In this document: piece by piece, positions 1-6,618 of the stretch | Numbering within the stretch: the stretch's first letter is position 1 | How the letters are laid out: the number at the start of each line of letters is the position of its first letter | IMG/VR virus record: IMGVR_UViG_2859657292_000001 | DNA: 14,294 nucleotides | Source of the DNA: a virus | Lineage: Duplodnaviria; Heunggongvirae; Uroviricota; Caudoviricetes | Reading direction: 5' to 3' (one strand) | Notes under the pieces: generated by a model | What the model saw: the letters and a program-made list of their open reading frames with translations, nothing else | Told to the model about the DNA's origin: nothing | Database searches by the model: none | Program-made: the position numbers and the translations under genes

Positions 1-1
1 G

Positions 2-1981
2 CGTCGTTTGTATAATACTCGCAATAAACCTACGCCTTCTGATATTGGCGCACTTGCTTCAAATGCTAATGCCGTATCGGCGAGTAAATTGCAGACACCG
101 AGAACCATCAACAACGTCTCTTTCGATGGCACGGCAAACATCAGTATCCCGACATTAGTTTCTTGTGGCCGAGTTACGGCATTGGGCGCAAACACTCAGG
201 GTGCAATGCCTGGCATCCAGATGTATGAAGCCTACCACAATGGTTACCCCGTAGCGTACGGGAATGTTGTTCACCTCAAAGGTTCGGCAGCTGCTGGCGA
301 GGGAGAACTTTTAATTGGCTGGAGTGGTACGAGTGGTGCCCATGCTCCGGTTTATGTTCGTTCGCGCCGAGATTCAACGGATGCCAACTGGTCGGCTTGG
401 GCGCAAATATATACCACTCTCAATAAGCCAACCCCTACGGACATCGGGGCGTTACCAATTGCGGGAGGGGCTTTAACAGGTGCATTAACAACACCAGGCA
501 TGTTAACAACGGGTGATATTACTTTTAGGAATCTCGTTAACAGGCATATCCGTTTTGAATACACTAAAAATGATGGGACTACAGCAGTAGACGGATACAT
601 CTTCAAAGATGGAGTGGATCATTCTTCACGACGCCAGGGTATCCGCATCAACTGTGGAACTCCTAATAAAGTCTCTGGCAATACTGCTTCTTCCGGAGAT
701 TTTGTATTCGGTGAAGATGGCGTATTTACCCTCCCTGGCGGCGGCACCATTAATCAAGATGGTTTGAACCAAAATGTATATTGCATGAGTGCATTGAGCA
801 CGACTGCAACAGGTTCAAAAAACTTCCTGAGGAAAATGCGTGGCGGCAATGCAGATACTATATGGCATGAAACTGTTCAGGGCGGCGTTTATCGTTTAGC
901 AACTGGTAATACAGACTCACAGGAAGAACTGCAAATTTCAACAGCGCAATATGCACGTTTCCGTGGCGAGGTTCAGGTCTCGTCAGTTAAAGGCGATGGG
1001 GGTCAATTCAGAGCAGTAAGCGGGAATTTTGGTTTCATTATCAGGAATGACGGCGGAAACACCTACTTTCTTTTAACTCCTTCAGGTAATGCATATGGCG
1101 GATGGAATGGTCTTCGTCCGTTAACCATCAATAATGCTTCTGGACAAATGTCAGTATCCAATGGGCTGTCTGTTTCTGGTGGGGCTGTCATTAACGGTGG
1201 TCTTGGGCTGGGTGTGGTCAATGGTCTTGGCGGTAATTCCATTGTTCTGGGTGACAATGACACCGGCTTTAAACAGAACGGAGACGGCATTCTGGATGTT
1301 TACGCCAATAGTGCTCATGTTTTTCGGTTCGGTAATGGCACGCTGCAAAGCCTTAAGCCTTTGAGTGTATCGGGGGATATCACGTCAAGTGCGTGGGTCT
1401 ACGCCAACCGTTTTTCCATCAACAGCAGTTCTGGCTCATGGATCGATATGCGTAACCAGAACGTAATCTTCGGGAGGAACGCTGTAAGCACAAGCTCTGC
1501 ACAAGCATTGTTGAGACAAGACCATGCGGACCGCAAATTCTTCGTTGGCGGCTTGGGAAACAGTCAGTTTGGTTTTTACATGATCAACAACTCACGTACC
1601 GCAAACGGCACGGATGCCCAGGCATACCTCCAGAATGATGGTACTTGGGTTTGTGGCGGTAATGGAAGCTTTAATGATGTGTACATTCGTTCTGACCGTC
1701 GTAGCAAACGCAATATTAGACGAATTGAGCGTGCGCTGGACAAGCTGGATCGGATCGAAGGTGTTCTGTACGAGATTCAGGTCTGTGACCGTTATGAGCA
1801 GTCTGGTGGCCTCATCGCTCAGGACGTCCAGAATGTTCAGCCTGAACTGGTAACGGTTGACCATAACGATCAGTCTGGAGAGCCTCGTCTGCGTCTGAAC
1901 TACAACGGCGTTATCGGTATGCTGGTTGAGGCCGTCAAGGAGTTGCGCAAGGAAGTGCGTGAACTGAAGGCGAGAATGTAA
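2..1981 (+). CDS. Long tail fibre protein, 3' part (5'-truncated by the window edge); T2-type gp37-like distal region with C-terminal intramolecular chaperone
   Basis: The frame is open from base 2, so the TTG at 8 is not the real start. Fibre motifs: TPRTINNVSFDGTANI, NKPTPxDIGAL (x2), KNFLRKMRGGNADTIWHETVQG, LRPLTINNASG, GDNDTGFKQNGDG and FNDVYIRSD. Followed directly by a gp38-type adhesin gene. Confidence 0.93.
   Translation, partial: RRLYNTRNKPTPSDIGALASNANAVSASKLQTPRTINNVSFDGTANISIPTLVSCGRVTALGANTQGAMPGIQMYEAYHNGYPVAYGNVVHLKGSAAAGEGELLIGWSGTSGAHAPVYVRSRRDSTDANWSAWAQIYTTLNKPTPTDIGALPIAGGALTGALTTPGMLTTGDITFRNLVNRHIRFEYTKNDGTTAVDGYIFKDGVDHSSRRQGIRINCGTPNKVSGNTASSGDFVFGEDGVFTLPGGGTINQDGLNQNVYCMSALSTTATGSKNFLRKMRGGNADTIWHETVQGGVYRLATGNTDSQEELQISTAQYARFRGEVQVSSVKGDGGQFRAVSGNFGFIIRNDGGNTYFLLTPSGNAYGGWNGLRPLTINNASGQMSVSNGLSVSGGAVINGGLGLGVVNGLGGNSIVLGDNDTGFKQNGDGILDVYANSAHVFRFGNGTLQSLKPLSVSGDITSSAWVYANRFSINSSSGSWIDMRNQNVIFGRNAVSTSSAQALLRQDHADRKFFVGGLGNSQFGFYMINNSRTANGTDAQAYLQNDGTWVCGGNGSFNDVYIRSDRRSKRNIRRIERALDKLDRIEGVLYEIQVCDRYEQSGGLIAQDVQNVQPELVTVDHNDQSGEPRLRLNYNGVIGMLVEAVKELRKEVRELKARM
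8..454 (+). repeat. Two diverged tail-fibre repeat units, LYNTRNKPTPSDIGAL (8-55) and IYTTLNKPTPTDIGAL (407-454)
   Basis: Read directly from the translation. The DNA is synonymously diverged, so the duplication is old. Confidence 0.8.
1691..1978 (+). other. Peptidase S74-type intramolecular chaperone (autocleaving) domain of the tail fibre
   Basis: YIR-SDRRSKRNI matches the S-D-x-R-x-K cleavage motif (Ser codon at 1691). The domain ends in a coiled-coil-like tail (LVEAVKELRKEVRELKARM). Confidence 0.85.
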
Positions 1982-1988
1982 TCAAGGC

Positions 1989-2013
1989 GATTGGTGCGGC
2001 TTCCCCACCAATC
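1989..2013 (+). other. Intergenic stem-loop between the fibre and adhesin genes
   Basis: GATTGGTG (1989-1996) pairs with CACCAATC (2006-2013), with an inner GG/CC pair around CTT. There is no U-tract, so it is not a classical terminator. Confidence 0.6.
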
Positions 2014-2045
2014 ATCTATTTTCACATCGGATAAGGAGATTAGAT

Positions 2046-2834
2046 GTGCCAATTGTCGGTGTTCCCGGTTGGATTGGGTCTTCGGCTGTCAGTGTGACAG
2101 GCCAGAGATGGATGAGTGCAGCTCGAACGGCGGTGCAATTGTCTGCTGCTGGGAATATGTCTCAGTTAGCAGGTTGTTCTAAGGAAATTCATTACAGCAT
2201 CGGTGCGAATCATAACTACAACAAAGACACACTGATCAACTATTTAAAATCACAGGGGTCGACACCAGTCGTTGTTACCATTACAGGGGATCTGGTGTCG
2301 TTCAGCAGCGGCGTGCCATGTTTAGATTTCCCGAGTTCGCTTACCAACTCTTATATCAGCCTGGTAATCAACGCAGGTGTAACTGTCTATGGTCGTGGGG
2401 GTAATGGTGGCGTTAAAGGTGGCGGTGCTGCCGGTGGCACTGCTATTAACAACGGGATTGGGACTCGTTTAAGAATAACCAATAACGGCGCTATTGCCGG
2501 TGGCGGTGGCGGTGGCGGCGGTAACTCAGCCGATGGTGGTATGGGTGGTGGCGGTCGCCCGTTTGGTGTTGCAAACACTACAAGGCCGCCAGCTTCAGGT
2601 TCGCGTGCGGCAACTTCTGGCACTTTAACCGCTGCCGGTATTGGCGCTCAATATTTAATCGGCACTACCGCTGTCCAATACACATGCGGTAGTGGAGGTA
2701 ATGTGGGGGCTGCTGGTGCGGCTGCTACTGGACGATTGGGGACAATGTACGGAGGGGGCGCGGCGGGTAAGGCTGTCACGGGGAACGTGCCTACATGGAC
2801 TAAAGTCGGTGCAATTTACGGTGCTCGTGTGTAA
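2046..2834 (+). CDS. Receptor-recognising adhesin, T2-type gp38 family (262 aa)
   Basis: N-terminus PIVGVPGWIGSSAVSVTGQRWM, glycine-rich motifs (GRGGNGG, GAIAGGGGGGG, GGGGRPFG, GSGGNVG) and C-terminal IYGARV are hallmarks of T-even gp38. SD AAGGAG at 2033-2038, GTG start. Confidence 0.95.
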   Translation: MPIVGVPGWIGSSAVSVTGQRWMSAARTAVQLSAAGNMSQLAGCSKEIHYSIGANHNYNKDTLINYLKSQGSTPVVVTITGDLVSFSSGVPCLDFPSSLTNSYISLVINAGVTVYGRGGNGGVKGGGAAGGTAINNGIGTRLRITNNGAIAGGGGGGGGNSADGGMGGGGRPFGVANTTRPPASGSRAATSGTLTAAGIGAQYLIGTTAVQYTCGSGGNVGAAGAAATGRLGTMYGGGAAGKAVTGNVPTWTKVGAIYGARV

Positions 2835-2848
2835 GTACTTACCTACCA
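2831..2848. promoter_or_regulatory. Candidate operator: perfect 12-bp palindrome GTAAGTACTTAC (2831-2842) plus CTACCA
   Basis: 15/18 identical to 7689-7706. Lies upstream of the lysis-cassette promoter. Confidence 0.55.
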
Positions 2849-2863
2849 TGCAAGGGTGATTTG

Positions 2864-2872
2864 TGGTATAAA
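2864..2872 (+). promoter_or_regulatory. Extended -10 promoter candidate for the lysis cassette (TG-G-TATAAA)
   Basis: TG at 2864-2865, TATAAA at 2867-2872. No recognisable -35 hexamer at 17-bp spacing. Confidence 0.5.
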
Positions 2873-2908
2873 ACAGCCATCCCGATTTGACGATTCATGG
2901 AGGAAATA

Positions 2909-3232
2909 ATGTCGAACGAGATGGCAGGCGTAACGCCAGAGCAGGTAGAGCGCATTGCCGCTATCGTTGCGCGTGAAGTTGTCGGCAAATTAGGTAAGGA
3001 GTTACGTGAGGAAATTGGCCAGGAGGTCAACGACCAGCTCAAAACCTACTTTGGCGATATGACGCCTTCGCAACACAGCATTCAGCACTCCAACCTGGAC
3101 AAACTACTTAATCGACTAGACGCCATCTCCAGCGGGTTCTTTGGCGGCATTATCTCAAAGATAACGTCGTTCCTGATTACCGCGCTGCTGCTGGGTCTGG
3201 CCGCTTATGGCGTGAAGAATGGACTGCAATAA
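2909..3232 (+). CDS. Holin or antiholin candidate (107 aa; hydrophilic helical N-terminus, C-terminal transmembrane segment)
   Basis: SD GGAGG (2899-2903) supports ATG 2909 over 2897. Hydrophobic tail FLITALLLGLAAYGV. First gene of the lysin/spanin cluster. Function is inferred from position and topology only. Confidence 0.5.
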   Translation: MSNEMAGVTPEQVERIAAIVAREVVGKLGKELREEIGQEVNDQLKTYFGDMTPSQHSIQHSNLDKLLNRLDAISSGFFGGIISKITSFLITALLLGLAAYGVKNGLQ

Positions 3233-3245
3233 CAGGAGATCAAGG

Positions 3246-3938
3246 ATGAAAACTCCGAGAGGCATTCGTAATAACAACCCTGGCAACCTCGACAAAGGTT
3301 CGCCGTGGCAGGGGTTAATTGACAACCCTGCCGAACCGCGTTTCTGCACGTTCAAAGATCCCGTATGGGGCATTCGAGCGCTGGCAGTAACGCTCATTAC
3401 CTACCACGACAAGCGCCGCGCGAAGGATGGCTCCAGCATCGATACGATCCGCGAAGTCATCGAACGCTGGGCTCCTCCGCATGAAAACAACACCGTAGCT
3501 TACGTGAACGAGGTATCTAAAGCCGTTGGCGTGACCCCGGACATGATTATCGATCTGCACGACTACGACACTCTGCGTCCGCTGGTGGAGGCGATTATCC
3601 GTCATGAAAATGGCCGTGGCCCGCTCAAAACGCCGAACACCTGGTATGCGGCAGAAGTTATTGAGGAAGGTCTACGTCGCGCTGGTGTCGTTAAGCCGGT
3701 GAAAACCGTGAAGGCTGTTCCTGTAACCAAAGAAACTGCCGGTGCGACCGTTACGGCGGGAATTGGTCTGGCACAGCTGGCTGACGTCATGCCACAGGTC
3801 TCTGCGGCAATGGACAAGGCGCAGGGACACATCACCAGTGGTGATACGGTTCGGATCATCTTCGGTATCGCGACCATTGTGGTGGCTGGCTTTATCGCCT
3901 GGTCACAGGTGCGAAAACACCAGAACGGGATGGTCTGA
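3246..3938 (+). CDS. Lysozyme-like putative endolysin (often annotated structural/virion protein) with C-terminal hydrophobic segments, 230 aa
   Basis: SD AGGAG (3234-3238) supports ATG 3246. Motifs RGIRNNNPGNL, WQG, RFCTF, GIRAL, IERWAPPHEN, AIIRHENG. Sits between the holin candidate and the spanins. Confidence 0.65.
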   Translation: MKTPRGIRNNNPGNLDKGSPWQGLIDNPAEPRFCTFKDPVWGIRALAVTLITYHDKRRAKDGSSIDTIREVIERWAPPHENNTVAYVNEVSKAVGVTPDMIIDLHDYDTLRPLVEAIIRHENGRGPLKTPNTWYAAEVIEEGLRRAGVVKPVKTVKAVPVTKETAGATVTAGIGLAQLADVMPQVSAAMDKAQGHITSGDTVRIIFGIATIVVAGFIAWSQVRKHQNGMV

Positions 3939-3939
3939 T

Positions 3940-4191
3940 ATGACCGGCAGCCTATTTTCAAAACTGAAGTTTGCTCTGATGACTCTGGCTGCCGTTCTTT
4001 TCGTGCTTGTCGGCGCTTATACGATGGGAGGTCGTGCGGCCCGACAAGCAATCGAAGAGAAGGCAAGGCAGGAGGACAGGAAAAGACTTCAAAGCACAGT
4101 GGACGTCAAAAATGAGATACTTAATGAAGTGCGGCGGAAAGATGCTTCTGCTGTTCATCGCGAGCTGCATGATAAGTGGCTGCGTGATTAA
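3940..4191 (+). CDS. i-spanin (Rz-like), 83 aa
   Basis: N-terminal transmembrane segment (FALMTLAAVLFVLVGAY) followed by a charged helical domain. ATG 3940 follows the lysin stop; the 3742 start in the ORF track is spurious. Confidence 0.8.
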   Translation: MTGSLFSKLKFALMTLAAVLFVLVGAYTMGGRAARQAIEEKARQEDRKRLQSTVDVKNEILNEVRRKDASAVHRELHDKWLRD

Positions 4192-4348
4192 GACACAGAC
4201 TTCCGGCGTGCTGTTCTGCGATGCAGCAAACCCTATTTATGTCAGTAACGACGACTTTATGACCGAAGAGACGGAACGCGAGATCCTCTTCCATAACACG
4301 ATGGGAGAGCGATTGTGCAGCTGGCAGGACAGACAAGCCTTGAATTAA
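4124..4348 (+). CDS. o-spanin lipoprotein (Rz1-like), overlapping the i-spanin 3' end in another frame
   Basis: Signal MKCGGKMLLLFIASCMISG then Cys at 4181 (lipobox I-S-G-C). The +2 residue is Val, not Asp, consistent with outer-membrane sorting. The start could also be 4112 or 4142. Confidence 0.8.
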   Translation: MKCGGKMLLLFIASCMISGCVIKTQTSGVLFCDAANPIYVSNDDFMTEETEREILFHNTMGERLCSWQDRQALN

Positions 4349-4377
4349 AAAAGCCCCTCAATCGAGGGGCTTCGTTT
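4347..4377. terminator. Bidirectional intrinsic terminator between the lysis cassette and the convergent TA operon
   Basis: Stem AAGCCCCTC (4351-4359), loop AATC, stem GAGGGGCTT (4364-4372). A-run on the left (U-tract on the minus strand) and CGTTT on the right. Confidence 0.85.
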
Positions 4378-4900
4378 ACTCTGTTTCAAACAGCTCTTCA
4401 ATGCTTTTCGTGGGGTAGAAAAGCGAGTTGGCATTTGCCCCCGTCAAAGGGATGAATCCAAACTTCTGATAGAACTGCATTGCGCTTTGGTTTAGTGCAT
4501 CCACAAACAAAGCGTATATGCCTACTGCGCGAGAAGCCTGATAAACAACCTTCAACGCGTGCGTTACGAGAACCTCCCCGTAGCCTTGTTTCTGTAGGCT
4601 GATATCTATTGCCAGACGGCCAAGCGTAACGCTGGGGGCATCCGCGTAGGGGATTTTCCGCTTCTGGGTGTTCGATGGTAGCGTCTGTCTTGCAAAACAG
4701 CTCCCGGATAGCGTGTAAAAACCCTTAACTTTCGGCACCGGATCTTTGGTAAGAAGCAGGTAGCCACGTAATATACGCCCGTTGTGTTGCTGTACCAGGC
4801 GGTTTTGCAGGAAATCATTCAGAGATGGTTCGCCGCAGTCGAAGCCCGAAAAATCGTATACGGCTTGTGCTGAAAACATCTCTATGGTCAGGTCGGCCAC
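4376..4900 (-). CDS. GNAT acetyltransferase toxin, AtaT/KacT family (aminoacyl-tRNA acetylase), 174 aa
   Basis: FDCGE..LN.FL, YTLSGSCF, KIPY..PSVTLGRLAID, intact acetyl-CoA motif QKQGYG and FYQKFGF. GTG start 3 nt after the antitoxin stop. Confidence 0.92.
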   Translation of the reverse strand: MADLTIEMFSAQAVYDFSGFDCGEPSLNDFLQNRLVQQHNGRILRGYLLLTKDPVPKVKGFYTLSGSCFARQTLPSNTQKRKIPYADAPSVTLGRLAIDISLQKQGYGEVLVTHALKVVYQASRAVGIYALFVDALNQSAMQFYQKFGFIPLTGANANSLFYPTKSIEELFETE

Positions 4901-4903
4901 GTC

Positions 4904-5173
4904 TTACTCCATGCTTTGTAGACGTTTGGCAGCTCGTTTCAGCCTATCGTTCGGTGCAGGCGGGTTACTGATGGCATCCATTACCAGATTCCAGGACTCT
5001 TCACTGAGAATCAAGCGGCGATGTTGCTCTATCACTTCCGCAGCACGTTCAGAGGCACTGGCAACCATAAACTGAGTAATCGTCTGGTTGGTCATTGCCG
5101 CAGCTTCTTCGATCATGCTCTTGTCGTCGTCGGTTAATCTGAGATCGATGCGCTGTTTTTTCAGTGCTGACAT
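4904..5173 (-). CDS. DUF1778 ribbon-helix-helix antitoxin, AtaR/KacA family, 89 aa
   Basis: MSALKKQRIDLRLTDDDKSMIEEAAA...NPPAPNDRLKRAAKRL. SD AGGAG 5 nt before ATG 5173; the ORF-track start at 5191 is an over-extension. Confidence 0.93.
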   Translation of the reverse strand: MSALKKQRIDLRLTDDDKSMIEEAAAMTNQTITQFMVASASERAAEVIEQHRRLILSEESWNLVMDAISNPPAPNDRLKRAAKRLQSME

Positions 5174-5213
5174 GTTTACTCCTAGCCTCACGTCATGAGC
5201 TGTGAGGGACTTC

Positions 5214-5385
5214 TATAGTCAAATTTCAATTAAATTAAGTATCAGATATATAAGCTATTTCAGTATCATTTCAATAATTTAATGTCAGTTTATAAGCGAT
5301 TAGTAACAGTAATTTAAACGGTATTTATTCAATAAGATCAGTATTTATATAGTCATTTCAAGCATCAATAATATTATCGGTCAAA
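5214..5385. repeat. AT-rich tract with degenerate direct repeats (centromere candidate)
   Basis: 35 G+C in the 160 nt 5221-5380 (about 22%). Repeated units TCAGATATATAAGC (5242), TCAGTTTATAAGC (5285), TCAGTATTTATATAGTC (5338), plus several TTTCAA/TTCAA. Confidence 0.45.
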
Positions 5386-5393
5386 CCCGTCAT

Positions 5394-5416
5394 ATGTACG
5401 GCGTCTTTCCGTACAT
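5394..5416. promoter_or_regulatory. TA autoregulatory operator ATGTACGG-N7-CCGTACAT
   Basis: Perfect 8-bp inverted repeat with a 7-bp spacer overlapping the predicted +1 of the TA promoter. Matches my recollection of the AtaR/KacA-type operator. Confidence 0.75.
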
Positions 5417-5418
5417 TC

Positions 5419-5447
5419 ACTATAAGGCTGATTGGCCAAACATTCAA
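5419..5447 (-). promoter_or_regulatory. Sigma70 promoter of the antitoxin-toxin operon
   Basis: Minus strand TTGAAT (5447-5442), 17-bp spacer, TATAGT (5424-5419). Confidence 0.7.
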
Positions 5448-5497
5448 CTGTTAGTTTGCTCTGTGAGCTAACACCCTGCATTGCCTATCATTTCACC

Positions 5498-5526
5498 TTT
5501 ACACCGTAGCCGTAGGCATTTAGGCT
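5498..5526 (+). promoter_or_regulatory. Sigma70 promoter candidate for the par operon
   Basis: TTTACA (5498-5503), 17-bp spacer, TAGGCT (5521-5526). Confidence 0.55.
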
Positions 5527-5534
5527 ATATCGCA

Positions 5535-5554
5535 TATAAGAAAACAAGTTGTTT
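5535..5554. promoter_or_regulatory. Candidate operator TATAAGAAAACAAGTTGTTT (palindromic core AAACAA-G-TTGTTT, 5542-5554)
   Basis: 18/20 identical to 8464-8483. Sits just downstream of the predicted parA +1. Confidence 0.6.
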
Positions 5555-5589
5555 CATACGACAATAATTCACGCAAAGGGAACTCACCA

Positions 5590-6255
5590 ATGACCAGGAT
5601 CATTGTGGTTGGCGGCACAAAAGGCGGCCCAGGCAAATCTACCGTTGCCCAGCAAATTGCGGTATGCCTCAAAGTTAAAAAGAAAAAGAAGACTCACGTC
5701 ACCGACATTGATATTCAGCGCACCACAACGAGCTGGTGCGAAGACCGTCGCCAGAACGAAGATCTTGAGCTAATCCCGTTCGCATACGTTCAGGACGACA
5801 TAGTCAAACACATCAAATCGCTGAAGGGACGCTACGATTACGTCGTCATTGATGCGGGTGGTTTTGACTCCGAAATTCAGCGACAAGCGATGCTGCTGGC
5901 AGACTTCATCATTATCCCGCTTCGCCCTAAGCGTCGTGATTTGAAATCCCTGCGTGATATCGACCCGATTATCGACAACGTTCGCAACGTGAACGAGACT
6001 GTGAAGATCCGCGCGGTAGTGAACCAGTGCCCGTCACTGCCTTCCCAGGCGTCACGTATTCTGGCGGCGAAAGAAATTGTCGAGACATTCGGCATCGAGG
6101 CTGCGCCGGTTAACCTTTACAACCGTAACGTTTATGACGACGCGGAAGAGGCAGGTCGTTCTATCTTTGAAATGACTGGCGCCGAACGCGATAAGAAGGC
6201 AGAAGCCGAGTTCGAAGAGTTTGTAGATTACATCATGAGTCTGGAGGAAGAATAA
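5590..6255 (+). CDS. parA: ParA partition ATPase, type Ib (no N-terminal HTH), 221 aa
   Basis: Deviant Walker A KGGPGKST, DIDIQ, and Walker B YDYVVIDAGG. Confidence 0.93.
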   Translation: MTRIIVVGGTKGGPGKSTVAQQIAVCLKVKKKKKTHVTDIDIQRTTTSWCEDRRQNEDLELIPFAYVQDDIVKHIKSLKGRYDYVVIDAGGFDSEIQRQAMLLADFIIIPLRPKRRDLKSLRDIDPIIDNVRNVNETVKIRAVVNQCPSLPSQASRILAAKEIVETFGIEAAPVNLYNRNVYDDAEEAGRSIFEMTGAERDKKAEAEFEEFVDYIMSLEEE

Positions 6256-6614
6256 TGTCCATGAGAATGGGAGACCTTGCAAAGCGCAAAGATCCGGAAG
6301 AACCGGCAAAAAGCAGCACCCCAATGCGCCAGCCAGTCAGACCGCAGGGGCGTCCGACTCGTGGGAAAGAGAAGATTAAGAGCCGCACAATGTCGCTGGA
6401 AGACGAGTACTTCGATCTGCTGGAGATGATGAAGTTCATCCCTCGTTTCGAGAAATTCACCCGTTCTGACGTGATTCGTGCAGCCATTTTCCATCTGGCA
6501 GAGAAGTCACCGCAGGAAATCGAGGACATCGTGAAACTGAACGAGGCGATCACCGCTGCCGACGTCACGATGCGCACCGATGAAATCAAGCGTGAGCTGA
6601 TGAAGAAAGGCTAG
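6255..6614 (+). CDS. Small ribbon-helix-helix partner of ParA (centromere-binding protein, ParG-like), 119 aa
   Basis: TAATG coupling with parA and SD GGAGG (6243-6247). Flexible Pro/Arg-rich N-tail, then strand KSRTMSL and helices EDEYFDLLEMMK and TRSDVIRAAIFHLA. Confidence 0.75.
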   Translation: MSMRMGDLAKRKDPEEPAKSSTPMRQPVRPQGRPTRGKEKIKSRTMSLEDEYFDLLEMMKFIPRFEKFTRSDVIRAAIFHLAEKSPQEIEDIVKLNEAITAADVTMRTDEIKRELMKKG

Positions 6615-6618
6615 TTAT

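Noticed and set aside
1-2050. Invertible tail-fibre cassette (cin/gin-type) or diversity-generating retroelement
   Set aside because: I found no inverted crossover sites, alternative fibre ends, invertase, reverse transcriptase or TR/VR pair in the window.
2909-2923. Lambda S-like dual-start motif in the holin candidate (Met-Ser-Asn-Glu-Met)
   Set aside because: The extension has no basic residue, and I see no separate SD or structure for the second Met.
5214-5385. CRISPR array or plasmid iteron origin in the AT-rich tract
   Set aside because: The repeats are short, degenerate and irregular, with no spacers, cas genes or adjacent rep gene.
5358-5393. 11-codon upstream ORF (MTGLTDNIIDA) in the TA leader as a regulatory peptide
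   Set aside because: Only a weak SD, no coupling to the antitoxin start, and short ORFs are expected by chance in AT-rich DNA.
5479-5490. CATTGCCTATCA as a third copy of the 24-bp operator
   Set aside because: It matches only the right half (9/12), with no left half.
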